The notes under the pieces: generated by a model
The model's database searches: none
What the model was told of the DNA's origin: nothing
What the model saw: the letters and a program-made list of their open reading frames with translations, nothing else
Shown: piece by piece, positions 44,373 to 53,936 of the stretch
Position numbering within the stretch: the first letter of the stretch is position 1
Layout of the letters: each line of letters starts with the position of its first letter
Program-made: the position numbers and the translations under genes
NCBI GenBank assembly: GCA_965658465.1
Contig: CBFHSG010000016.1
Coordinates: 7,985 to 71,984, forward strand
DNA from: Woeseiaceae bacterium
GTDB taxonomy: Bacteria > Pseudomonadota > Gammaproteobacteria > Steroidobacterales > Woeseiaceae
Length of the DNA stretch: 64,000 bases
Direction of reading: 5' to 3'

Positions 44373-47300
44373 ATGCCGGCAGGCCATCGCTTTCATGGAA
44401 ACCCGGTGACAACAACACGATCTGCTCGAATCCCACGCTCGTACAGGCGGTTTTTTTGCCTCGCTGCGCTCATGACCGCCGCGCTTGCAGGGAGTCCGGC
44501 CCGGGCCGAGTCCGTGGTCCCCCCGCTCGCGGCTGAGGGCTCAGTTTCCGCCGAGCAGATCGAATCCGCGATCGCCGCCATCGAAGCCCGCGAAGGGCTC
44601 GATGAAGAGACGCGCACCAGGGTCATCGATCTGCTCCGCGATGCCCAGGTGCAGCTGCAAAACGCGAGGTCTGCCCGCCAAAGTGCCGCCACGTTCGCCG
44701 CGGCAATACAGTCCGCTCCCGCCGAAGCCGAAAAACTGCGCAAGGAACTGAACGACGGTGCCCCGGCTGTGCCGACCGCCGCATCGCTGGGTATTACCGA
44801 CTCGACGCCGCTGACCGAGCTGGAACAGAAACTCGCCACGAAATCTGCCGAGGTTGCCGCCGCGGAAGCCTGGCTGGCCGATCTCGAGTCCCAGATTGCG
44901 GTGCAGGCAGAACGGCCCGCGCAAGCGCGCGAAAGGGCCAATGAGCTGCGTGCCGGTATGGACGAGCTTGCGGCGACCATCGAATCGCCAATGCCAGCCG
45001 GCGAATCGGCCATGCTCACCGATGCTCGCAGGCTTGCTGCACAACTCAAGCTGACAGCGAGGACAGCGGAACTCAACAAGCTCGACCAGGAGATGGTGAG
45101 CTACAACGCCCGACTCGAACTGGCGCGAGTGCAGCGCGATATAGCCGACCGTACGCTGACCATCCTGAGGCGTGAACTCGACGTACTGCAGAACGCGGTG
45201 AATGCAAAGCGGCAGATCACCGCCACGCAGGCGCTGCAGGAAACGGCCCTCGCCGAACTCGCGGCGGCCGGCAAGCACCCTGTCGTTCGGGAGCTTGCTG
45301 AAGGCAATGCCGAGCTCACACGCGAGCTACCCGCCGTGGCGGCCGATATCGAGCGCGTTACCAGAGAGCTGTCGTCGATAGAGAACAAGGCCCGCGCGAT
45401 CGAACAGAGCCTGGCGCGGTCAAAGCAGCGCCTCGAGGTCGGTGGCGTCACCCAGGTTATCGGCCGGCTCTTTGCCGAAGAGCGTCGCAACCTGCCACAG
45501 GTCTCGCAGTACCGTGCAGAAGTCCGCGAGCGGCGCAGAACGCTTGCGGACATCGGTCTCGCGCAGGTACGAATCGAGGAGCAGCGCCGCGAACTTACGC
45601 CGCTCGACGAGCGCGTCGAGCTGGCCATGTCCAGGGTTCGCGACGACGTAACAGATGACGAGAAGATCGCTGAGATCCGCGAACAAGTCGAGCTTCTGCT
45701 CAGGAACCGGCGCGATCTTCTTGGCCAGGTTGCAGGCACCTATACGAGTTACATTCGCGCACTGGGCGACCTCGATGTCGCACAGCGCCGGTTGCTGGAC
45801 GCGGCCGGGGAATACAAACAGTTCCTCGATCAGAACCTGCTCTGGATCCCGAGCGCCTCGCCTTTCTGGATCAAGGACGCGAAAGAACTCGGACCTGCCA
45901 TGGCATGGGCGTTATCGCCCAAATCGTGGTCCAGGACCCTCGGCTCCCTGGTAGAGGCGTTCAGGTACAGTCCGTTGCCGTTCGCCGCGGCAATGCTGTT
46001 ACTCGGGCTCGTTTTCTATGCCCGGCGTCCATTGGCGGCCCGGTTCAAGGCACTGAACAAGCGGGTAGGTCGCCCGTCGACGGATCACATCGGCCTGACG
46101 CTGAGTGCGCTCGGAATCTCGGCGCTCCGCGCATTGCCGCTGCCGCTGCTGTTCGCGGTCCTCGGGTGGGCGCTCACACGAAGTCCTTACCACACGGACT
46201 TCACCGCGGCCGTTGCCACATCACTGCTCGTGGTTGCTCCGTTCCTTTACAACACGCTGTTATTCCGCATTCTATGCGCAAGAGACGGCGTGATGCAGGT
46301 GCACTTCGGCTGGAGCACCGATCGTCTGCCCGTTATTCGCAAGCAGCTCGACCGGCTGACGGTAATCGGCATACCGCTTATCTTCGTCGCCGTGCTCCTT
46401 TTTGGTTCGCCAGTACCGGCGCACCGCGAAAGCCTCGCGCGGCTGGCATTTGTCATGCTGATGGTCATCTTCAGTGGCGTGATCCACGCGTTGCTGCATC
46501 CCCGTATCGGCGTTGCGGCGGCCTATTATGAGTCCCAGGGAAATTCCTGGATAAGCAAGCTGCGCTGGCTCTGGTACGGATTGGGTGCCGGCAGCCCTCT
46601 GCTCCTGGCCCTGGCGTCGCTCCTCGGCTTTCTCTATACCGCCGCAACGCTGACCGGCCACCTGGTCGATACGTTCTGGCTGATCCTGGTGATCATCGTC
46701 GTGAACCTTGTCGTCACTCGCTGGCTCGCGCTCACCAAGCAAAGAATCGCCTGGCAGATGGCACTGAAGGAGCGGGAAGAGCGAGAGGCCGCCGCGGCGG
46801 AAGAAGGCGCCCCAGAGGGAGAAACAGCACCCGTCGTAGAGAGCAAACCGCTCGACCTCGACGCCGTCGACCAGCAAACCACGCGGCTGGTGAATGCCGG
46901 GCTGTTCTTCGTGGGTGCCGTGGCGGCCTGGGGCATCTGGTCCGAGGTCGTGCCGGCACTGGGCATCCTCGATCAGGTCTCGCTGTGGTCGCAGACGACG
47001 ATGATCGACGGCGAGGAGGCGATTGTCCCGGTCACATTGGCCGACTTGCTACTGGCCGTTTTCGTGGCCGGAGTAACGGCCATCGCTTCGACGAACCTCC
47101 CCGGGTTGATGGAAATAGCGGTGCTGCAGCGCATGACCCTGCAGCCCGGCAGCCGCTACGCGATCAACACCCTGCTGCGCTACGTCGTTGTCACGGTCGG
47201 TACGATCGCCGTGCTGAATATCGTCGGCTGGAAGTGGTCGCAGATCCAGTGGCTGGTCGCAGCACTCAGTGTCGGACTCGGCTTCGGCCTGCAGGAAATC

Positions 47301-47864
47301 GTCGCGAACTTCGTGTCGGGCCTGGTGATCCTGTTCGAACGGCCGGTCCGTGTCGGCGATACGGTGACGGTCGGTCAACTGACGGGGACGGTTTCCCGCG
47401 TTCGAATTCGGGCGACCACGATCACCGACTGGGATCGCAAGGAAATCATCGTTCCGAACAAATCATTTATCACCGAGCAGGTCATCAACTGGACGCTGTC
47501 GGACCCGATCACGCGCATCGTAATACCGGTCGGGATCTCCTACGGATCCGATGTGGAACTTGCCAATCGCGTAATGCAGGAAACCCTGCACTCGATGCCG
47601 CTGGTACTCGACGAACCGCCGCCGAAAGTCTATTTCGTCGGTTTCGGCGACAGCTCGCTGAACTTCAACCTTTACGTCCATTCCAGAGAACTGTCCGATC
47701 GATTGCCGCTGACGCATGCCGTGCACGAAGAAATCCTCAGTGCATTGCGCAAGAACGGCATCGAGATTCCGTTCCCGCAGCGCGACCTGCACCTGCGTTC
47801 GGTGGACGAGAAGATCAGTGCGTTCAAACGCGATGGCGAGGAAAACGGTGACGGGGACGGCTGA
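44373..47864 (+). CDS. Large MscK/MscM-type mechanosensitive channel (periplasmic coiled-coil region + multi-TM + MscS domain)
   Basis: ORF 44364 (TTG)..47864. ATG at 44373; GTG 44406 (MTTTRSARIPRSYRRFFCLAALMTAALAGSPARA) is an equally good start because a perfect TATAAT sits at 44368-44373. MscS core ...LGFGLQEIVANFVSGLVILFERPVRVGDTVTVG... Confidence 0.85.
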   Translation: MPAGHRFHGNPVTTTRSARIPRSYRRFFCLAALMTAALAGSPARAESVVPPLAAEGSVSAEQIESAIAAIEAREGLDEETRTRVIDLLRDAQVQLQNARSARQSAATFAAAIQSAPAEAEKLRKELNDGAPAVPTAASLGITDSTPLTELEQKLATKSAEVAAAEAWLADLESQIAVQAERPAQARERANELRAGMDELAATIESPMPAGESAMLTDARRLAAQLKLTARTAELNKLDQEMVSYNARLELARVQRDIADRTLTILRRELDVLQNAVNAKRQITATQALQETALAELAAAGKHPVVRELAEGNAELTRELPAVAADIERVTRELSSIENKARAIEQSLARSKQRLEVGGVTQVIGRLFAEERRNLPQVSQYRAEVRERRRTLADIGLAQVRIEEQRRELTPLDERVELAMSRVRDDVTDDEKIAEIREQVELLLRNRRDLLGQVAGTYTSYIRALGDLDVAQRRLLDAAGEYKQFLDQNLLWIPSASPFWIKDAKELGPAMAWALSPKSWSRTLGSLVEAFRYSPLPFAAAMLLLGLVFYARRPLAARFKALNKRVGRPSTDHIGLTLSALGISALRALPLPLLFAVLGWALTRSPYHTDFTAAVATSLLVVAPFLYNTLLFRILCARDGVMQVHFGWSTDRLPVIRKQLDRLTVIGIPLIFVAVLLFGSPVPAHRESLARLAFVMLMVIFSGVIHALLHPRIGVAAAYYESQGNSWISKLRWLWYGLGAGSPLLLALASLLGFLYTAATLTGHLVDTFWLILVIIVVNLVVTRWLALTKQRIAWQMALKEREEREAAAAEEGAPEGETAPVVESKPLDLDAVDQQTTRLVNAGLFFVGAVAAWGIWSEVVPALGILDQVSLWSQTTMIDGEEAIVPVTLADLLLAVFVAGVTAIASTNLPGLMEIAVLQRMTLQPGSRYAINTLLRYVVVTVGTIAVLNIVGWKWSQIQWLVAALSVGLGFGLQEIVANFVSGLVILFERPVRVGDTVTVGQLTGTVSRVRIRATTITDWDRKEIIVPNKSFITEQVINWTLSDPITRIVIPVGISYGSDVELANRVMQETLHSMPLVLDEPPPKVYFVGFGDSSLNFNLYVHSRELSDRLPLTHAVHEEILSALRKNGIEIPFPQRDLHLRSVDEKISAFKRDGEENGDGDG

Positions 47865-47917
47865 TTTCAAACGTAGGAGCGGTGCTCGAACCGCGATTCG
47901 CGCGCCGAGGCGCGCTC

Positions 47918-48961
47918 CTACAGTTCGGTTCCAGTCGCCTGGCGATACAGAGCCATGTATTGTTGCGCCATCGCATCGGCCGTGAAATCGCGTGAAAATT
48001 CCCTGCCCCGCGCGCCCATTGCACGCCGCAGGTCCGGGTCGTCATAAAGGCGCAGGATTGCCTCCTCCAGCTGCTCCGGGCTGCGCGGCTCAATCAGGAT
48101 GCCATTCTCCCCATCCTTCACGATCTCCGGGAGACCGCCGACCCGGCTGGCGATGATGGGCAACGCGCGATCCATCGCGTCGAGCAGGATGCCGCCGATG
48201 CCTTCCTTGTTGGACGGCAGAATAAAGAGGTCAAACGCGGCCAGGTAATCTCCGACCCTGTCGGACCAGCCTTCGAAGCTGATATTGGGCAGATCGCCCG
48301 CAAGCTCGCGCAGCATCGCCTCGTCGTCGCCGCCGCCCACCAGCAGGAACTGGAACTCGGGATGCGAATCCCTCATTCGACGCGCTACTTCGATGATGTA
48401 TTCCTGGCCTTTCTGCGCGTTGTCCAGCGCGCCGACGTTGCCGATGATCCATTTGCCCGGGAAGCGATCCCTTATGGACCTCGCGGACTCGCTGTCTACC
48501 GGCAGGCCGCTGCTGCTGCTGTGAATGACGCAGCTCTTTATGCGCTCGTCGAATTGTTCCACGATTCGGGCGACATCGGCTGCGACCGACGCAACGGTTG
48601 CCGCGCGCGTATAGGCCCTGCGCGTCAGCCAGCTATCCCCGAGCGGGTTGTTGACCCGCCGGGTGATGACATACGGCGTACCGGAGAGTTCGTTGCGCAG
48701 CCAGGCGGCGTAAACGCCGCGGCCTTCGTGCGAGTGGACGACATCGACGCCCCGGGTAGCCCGGAACGCCGATAACAACCCCGAGCAGCCACGGCTCTCG
48801 ATGCCGGCATCACCAAGGCGATCCGCAAGCGGACAGTCGGGGCGGGCAATCAGCACCTGCTCGACACCGACATCCCCCAGGGCACGAATCAGCAACTCCG
48901 CCTGGCGTTCGCCGCCGCGATAGCCTTTCGCCAGGTTAATGTGTGCGATTCGCATCGTCAT
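47918..48961 (-). CDS. Glycosyltransferase family 4 (GT-B fold)
   Basis: ORF 47918..49069, ATG 48959-48961 or 48953-48955. MRIAHINLAKGYRGGERQAE...; C-terminal ...LPSNKEGIGGILLDAMDRALPIIASRVGGLPEIV (EX7E-type region). Confidence 0.8.
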   Translation of the reverse strand: MTMRIAHINLAKGYRGGERQAELLIRALGDVGVEQVLIARPDCPLADRLGDAGIESRGCSGLLSAFRATRGVDVVHSHEGRGVYAAWLRNELSGTPYVITRRVNNPLGDSWLTRRAYTRAATVASVAADVARIVEQFDERIKSCVIHSSSSGLPVDSESARSIRDRFPGKWIIGNVGALDNAQKGQEYIIEVARRMRDSHPEFQFLLVGGGDDEAMLRELAGDLPNISFEGWSDRVGDYLAAFDLFILPSNKEGIGGILLDAMDRALPIIASRVGGLPEIVKDGENGILIEPRSPEQLEEAILRLYDDPDLRRAMGARGREFSRDFTADAMAQQYMALYRQATGTEL

Positions 48962-49067
48962 TAGCGTATCACGCAGAACTTCGGCGCCGGCACCGTTGAT
49001 TGCGGGCTGCCGGGCAAGCGAATAGAGTATCCAGCTGTCGGCTCCGCCGGGAAACAGGGAAACAAAC

Positions 49068-50792
49068 ATGTGTGGCTTCGTCGGCGGGACGGACCCCTCC
49101 TGGGATTACACCGCCGCGCTCGCATCCATCGAACACCGCGGCCCGGACGACGGGCGCCTGCACCTCGATGGCCCGGTACAGATCGGATTCCGGCGCCTGT
49201 CGATCATCGATCTCGACGCTGCTGCAATGCAGCCCATGTTCGCCGACGACGGCGAGACATGGATCGTGTTCAACGGTGAGATCTACGGATTTATCGCGCT
49301 GAGGACCGAGCTGGAGAAGCTGGGCCATGCATTCCGGACACACTCCGACACGGAAGTGCTGTTGAGGGCCTACCTCGAGTGGGGCGAGAAGTTCATCGAG
49401 CACGTCGACGGCATGTTCGCGATCGCGCTGTGGGATGCCCGTGATCGCAAGCTGCGGCTGTACCGCGACCGGCCCGGTATCAAGCCACTTTATTATTTCT
49501 ACGACGGGCAGCGGTTCGCGTTTGGCTCCGAGCTCAAAGCGATCGAGGCAGCGCTCGATTCGAGCGATCTCCATGTCGACGAGACGGCGCTGTACGATTT
49601 TCTCGGCTACCGTTACGTGCCGGCCCCCAAGACGCTTTACCGCCATTGTTTCAAGCTGCCCCCGGCGCATCGGCTGGTCTACGATCCCGCAACCGGCAAG
49701 GCGACCGACCCGAAGCCCTACTGGTCCGTCCCGGTGCCCGCTACTCCCCGCGATATTTCGGCCGACCAGGCCGCGGAGGAACTTCGCGGCCTCATTGACG
49801 AGTCCGTGCGGGACCAGATGATATCCGACGTGCCGCTCGGCTTTTTCCTGTCCGGTGGCGTGGACTCCAGCGCCATCGTCGCTTCGGCTTCGGGACTCGG
49901 GGCCGACGTATCCACGTTTTCGATCGGTTTCGATTCCGACGAGAAATCCGAAACTCCGTATGCGCGAGAGGTTGCGAATCTCTTCGGTACCCGGCATCAC
50001 GAACGCATGCTATCCCAAGCGGCTGCCGGTGACCTGCTGCCAAATTTGAAAAAATGGTTCGACGAGCCGTTCGCCGATGAATCGGCAATGCCGACCTATC
50101 TCGTTTCCAAGGTGGCGCGGGAGAATGTGACCGTCGTCCTGACCGGTGACGGCGGTGACGAAGTATTCGGCGGCTACCGGACCTATCCGCGTTTCGAACG
50201 CTACGAGCGACTGCCGTCCTGGCCCGCCGCGATGGAACGTGCCGCGTACCGGCTGCGCAAACCGTTCGGGCGACGCAGCGCAATGACACGCATGACCAAA
50301 GTGCTCGAGATCGCTTTCGCCAGGGGCCCGGCATTATGGGCGAAGATCATGCACGGTATGCCGGAGGCCGCAAAAACCGAATACCGCGATCGTTTCGACA
50401 TCCCGCGCGACTACGACGACTGGTGGCATTACCGCGAACACTGGCGTGAGGACCTGCCGGTTCGAACACGCCTGCAGCTCCTCGACTTTCATACCTTTAT
50501 GCCGGGCATGGTGCTGACGAAAGTGGATCGCACGAGCATGGCGGTTTCACTCGAGGCCCGGGTGCCGTTTCTCGCCCGCAAGATCATCGAGTTTTCGTTC
50601 GCCTTGCCGGAAGACGTTCGCTACCACGAAGGTGAACTCAAGGGCATCCTCAAGTACGCCTACAAGGATATTTTGCCGTCGAACATCCTGCACCGGCGCA
50701 AGAAAGGCTTCGGCATCCCGCGCTACTACCTTCAGGACCTGGACGGCGGCAAGCCGGTCCAGGAGCACCTGTTGCAAAGCCTGTTCCTTTGA
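49068..50792 (+). CDS. Asparagine synthase (glutamine-hydrolysing) family amidotransferase
   Basis: 574 aa. MCGFVGG (Cys2), ...FNGEIYGF..., PP-loop FLSGGVDSSAIV. Divergent from the GT4 gene. Second member of this family in the window. Confidence 0.85.
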   Translation: MCGFVGGTDPSWDYTAALASIEHRGPDDGRLHLDGPVQIGFRRLSIIDLDAAAMQPMFADDGETWIVFNGEIYGFIALRTELEKLGHAFRTHSDTEVLLRAYLEWGEKFIEHVDGMFAIALWDARDRKLRLYRDRPGIKPLYYFYDGQRFAFGSELKAIEAALDSSDLHVDETALYDFLGYRYVPAPKTLYRHCFKLPPAHRLVYDPATGKATDPKPYWSVPVPATPRDISADQAAEELRGLIDESVRDQMISDVPLGFFLSGGVDSSAIVASASGLGADVSTFSIGFDSDEKSETPYAREVANLFGTRHHERMLSQAAAGDLLPNLKKWFDEPFADESAMPTYLVSKVARENVTVVLTGDGGDEVFGGYRTYPRFERYERLPSWPAAMERAAYRLRKPFGRRSAMTRMTKVLEIAFARGPALWAKIMHGMPEAAKTEYRDRFDIPRDYDDWWHYREHWREDLPVRTRLQLLDFHTFMPGMVLTKVDRTSMAVSLEARVPFLARKIIEFSFALPEDVRYHEGELKGILKYAYKDILPSNILHRRKKGFGIPRYYLQDLDGGKPVQEHLLQSLFL

Positions 50793-50878
50793 CAGGACGG
50801 CGGGGCGGGTTGGATTCGGCGCGCAAACCGCAATATCCTGACTGTTCGGCTTGATCCGCAACGTGCCGGTCATTGGAT

Positions 50879-51820
50879 ATGCAGCGTCGGCTTCTGGCAG
50901 CGTTCCTCCTGGCGGTCATCGCCACCGCCCAGGCAGGCTGCGCCGCCACCAGCCAGGCTGCTGATTCATTGAAGGAAGACGGACGTCCGCCGTTCCTCGC
51001 ACTAAGTATTACCCGGCAGCCAGCGGCGGACTTTTCCAGTTCGCCAGCCCCCGCTTCTGTAAGTGCCAGGGAAACCCAGGTGTACGCAGGCTTTCACCGC
51101 TTCGAAGCCGGCAACGGCACGCTCGACGTCGGTATCGACTACCAGTACACGCGTTACGAGTATGACGGGATCGATGGCCGCAACCGTGACCTGCATCGCT
51201 TCCAGTTCCCGTTGCGGTACCAGGGACGTTTGAGCGGATGGAAGATCGACGGCAACATTGCGCCGGGCATATCGACCTCGTCCAACGTCCTCAAGGAGTT
51301 CTTCGACGAGGTAAGCGGCGACGACCTGTTCGCAACCGCTCGCCTGGAAGGCCGTCGTGAGTCGGGTTCGCACAACTGGGTAGCCGGCCTGGCTTACGAT
51401 CGTACGTTCGGGAAGCCGCTGGTGTATCCGATTGCGGGTATCGAGCTGTCGCCGACCGACGAACTCGACATCCGGCTCGCTTTTCCCGACCCAGGATTCC
51501 GATACCGGTGGTCGGACAGGCATTCGCTATCCGGCAGGTTGTTTCCGGCCGGGCACCAGTGGCACGTCATGACCGACGACTTCGCCGCCGAGTTCGACTA
51601 CCGCGTCGAGGGCTTCCGCGCGCAGCTCGGCTGGAGCATCGGGCTTTGGAAACAGCTCACACTGGATATATCGGGGGGCTACGAGTTCGCGCGCAAGCAC
51701 GAGCTCACCGACGACCTCGGTCTGCGAATCGAATCCGACGTGGGCGACCAGTGGCTGCTTCTTTTCGGCCTGCGCGCCGGGCCGGCGCCGCTGCCCTACA
51801 CCCACGGCGGTCAGCTTTAG
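50879..51820 (+). CDS. Lipoprotein, beta-barrel-like, unknown function
   Basis: ORF 50873 (TTG)..51820. ATG 50879 gives MQRRLLAAFLLAVIATAQAGC (lipobox). Alternating-strand pattern (LDVGIDYQYTRYEY, WVAGLAYDRTFG, LTLDISGGYEFAR). Confidence 0.6.
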   Translation: MQRRLLAAFLLAVIATAQAGCAATSQAADSLKEDGRPPFLALSITRQPAADFSSSPAPASVSARETQVYAGFHRFEAGNGTLDVGIDYQYTRYEYDGIDGRNRDLHRFQFPLRYQGRLSGWKIDGNIAPGISTSSNVLKEFFDEVSGDDLFATARLEGRRESGSHNWVAGLAYDRTFGKPLVYPIAGIELSPTDELDIRLAFPDPGFRYRWSDRHSLSGRLFPAGHQWHVMTDDFAAEFDYRVEGFRAQLGWSIGLWKQLTLDISGGYEFARKHELTDDLGLRIESDVGDQWLLLFGLRAGPAPLPYTHGGQL

Positions 51821-51928
51821 GGCGATCCCTGCCCCGGCAGCTGAAATAGGTATTTTTACAGGTTGGAAGATTTTTGGGTTTCAGGCAGTATTGCCTGCCG
51901 GGCAAGTGTAAATCTCTCAGGACAGCCA

Positions 51929-53407
51929 GTGAAATTCAGTACACAGAAGTTCGCAGTCGCGGTGTCCGCCTGCATTTTTCTACTCACCTCAGTGGCATCG
52001 GCCGGCCCTGTCTACCAGCCTCCGGGCGCTAACCTGACCCTGGGGGACGTCACGCACGGCAAGCGCCTGCAGTCCGCCTCCAGCAATCCCGCCGCCGCCG
52101 CGGCAGACCGGGCGCGAGCGGCAGGCAGTCCCGTCCGCGGCACGGTGATCTCCGCAGCTGCCGGGCTCGAATACGGCAACGTGCAGAACCTGTTCGATCT
52201 GTACAACGAGCTGACCCAGGCCTATGCGCCCAGCGATCCCGGAACCGGCGGAGGGCCGGGCCAGGATCCAGACGACAAGCCCGACGAGGGTATCAACATT
52301 GGCGACATTCTCGACGAGCTCAATCCCGCGGTACAGGAGACGCTGGACGCGCTCGCCAGGGAAATCGTCACGCAGACGGCTCTGTTGTTGCTAATAAGGG
52401 AGGAGGGCTACGGCAAGGCCTGGATAGCAGCCGATGCCCCCTTCGTATTCGACAAGCAGGTGCTCGGCGGCACCTGGACGTTCGGCGTCAACTGGTCGGG
52501 CAGCTCCAAGGCATTCGGCATTACTGAGGCCATCGATTTCGACCGGGACGCTGCCCGGCAGGCGATTGATGACTGGATCAATACGCTGCCCATCGACCGT
52601 CCCGACTCGCTCGTCATCAGTGACGATATCGTCCTGACGCCGCGACCCGCGGCCGATGCCGTGTTCCTGGCTATCACGAACGACAGCTCGCTGGTCAGCA
52701 AATCGACGCAGACCACGGAGTTCAGCGTCGGCTACAGCCGGGAGGCCCTGTCCCGCGACAGCGGCAACCTGTATTTCGGAGCGCAGGCGAATATCTACCT
52801 GAAGCAGCTCTCGCGCCTGAGCGTTCGCTTCGGAGACATCACCAACTCCGAGGAGCTGTTCGATGCCATCAGGGACGCGGATTTCACGACGGACGAAGGC
52901 GTTGGTCTCGATCTGGGCGTCTTGTGGGTGGGCGACAACTACCAGCTCGGCGCGCAGGTTACCAATATCAACGAACCCGAGTTCGTATTCCCGGACGTCA
53001 ACCTCACCCCTTACAGAAGCGCCGCGGTTATCCAGGCTCTCGAAAACGATAAGACATACAGGATGGATCGCCAGCTGAAGCTCGAGGCGTCACTATTCTC
53101 GGAGGACCGACGGTGGTCGACCCATCTCGGCTACGATGTGGATTCAGCGACAGACACATTGGGCGACGAGTTCCAGTGGCTGACGCTCAGCGGCGGCTTC
53201 ACGACCGACAGCTGGTGGATACCGTCCGCCCGCATCGGCTACCGGCAAAACCTCGCTGGCACCGAACTGGGCTACGTCAGCATCGGCGCAACGTTATTCA
53301 AGTACGTGAATATCGACATCGCATCAGCGCTGGACACCGTCGAGATCGACGGCGACACGCTGCCGCAGGGCCTCATGGGCAGCATCGGCTTCGAGATCAG
53401 CTGGTAG
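51929..53407 (+). CDS. Outer-membrane beta-barrel protein, possibly TraF_2-like
   Basis: ORF 51863..53407. GTG 51929 gives VKFSTQKFAVAVSACIFLLTSVASA (signal peptide). ...YQPPGANLTLGDVTHGKRLQSASSNPAAAA... Ends ...GSIGFEISW (aromatic C-terminus). The family name is from memory and is low-certainty. Confidence 0.55.
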   Translation: MKFSTQKFAVAVSACIFLLTSVASAGPVYQPPGANLTLGDVTHGKRLQSASSNPAAAAADRARAAGSPVRGTVISAAAGLEYGNVQNLFDLYNELTQAYAPSDPGTGGGPGQDPDDKPDEGINIGDILDELNPAVQETLDALAREIVTQTALLLLIREEGYGKAWIAADAPFVFDKQVLGGTWTFGVNWSGSSKAFGITEAIDFDRDAARQAIDDWINTLPIDRPDSLVISDDIVLTPRPAADAVFLAITNDSSLVSKSTQTTEFSVGYSREALSRDSGNLYFGAQANIYLKQLSRLSVRFGDITNSEELFDAIRDADFTTDEGVGLDLGVLWVGDNYQLGAQVTNINEPEFVFPDVNLTPYRSAAVIQALENDKTYRMDRQLKLEASLFSEDRRWSTHLGYDVDSATDTLGDEFQWLTLSGGFTTDSWWIPSARIGYRQNLAGTELGYVSIGATLFKYVNIDIASALDTVEIDGDTLPQGLMGSIGFEISW

Positions 53408-53418
53408 CCTGCGCCGGG

Positions 53419-53817
53419 TTACTCGGCGGGCGTTTCTTCGTGCTCGAAATTGTGCAGGTCGGGCTCGACGTGGGGCAGATGATGCTCGAACTCTTCCGTC
53501 AGGTGCTCCGCATTCCTGATCCAGCTGCAGGTCTCGCAGGTACACGTCGTTTCATCATGTCGCAGTTCCCTGTGGAGTGCCTCGACAAGTTTCACGCCTT
53601 CGCGCAATGAGTCGGCCAGCTCTGCATCCGATTTGTCGTCGCGGTGCACGAAGTCTTCCAGGCACTTTTCCCAACCGCAGTTGCTGGATCCGTCACAGGT
53701 ATGGCAGCGCTCACCGGTGGCCTCGAAGAAACTCTTGTGCGGATAGTTTCCTCCATCGATGAGTTGCCTGACGAGAATGCCGGGATAAGTTAGTGCTTCT
53801 ATCAGTTGTCGTCGCAT
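53419..53817 (-). CDS. Small Cys/His-rich cytoplasmic protein, unknown function
   Basis: 132 aa with RBS GGAGAGGG 1 nt upstream of the ATG. Clusters CHTCDGSSNCGWEKC and CTCETC. His/Glu-rich tail EHLTEEFEHHLPHVEPDLHNFEHEE. Downstream of the giant FG-GAP gene on the same strand. Confidence 0.55.
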   Translation of the reverse strand: MRRQLIEALTYPGILVRQLIDGGNYPHKSFFEATGERCHTCDGSSNCGWEKCLEDFVHRDDKSDAELADSLREGVKLVEALHRELRHDETTCTCETCSWIRNAEHLTEEFEHHLPHVEPDLHNFEHEETPAE

Positions 53818-53936
53818 GACCCTCTCCTATCAGCTCCAACCCCATACTAGGCGGATCACCTGGTGCACTCAAGCGCGCCTGCCGGCCAGATCGTAGGTAA
53901 TTGCCGCAGTTGAATTTTTCTGTTGTTGCGACCGAG

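Noticed and set aside
47900-47915. GC hairpin GCGCGC-cgag-GCGCGC, nested in TAGGAGCG...CGCTCCTA, between the convergent MscK-type and GT4 genes
   Set aside because: It could be a bidirectional terminator, but there is no U-tract on either strand. I do not call it a terminator from sequence alone.
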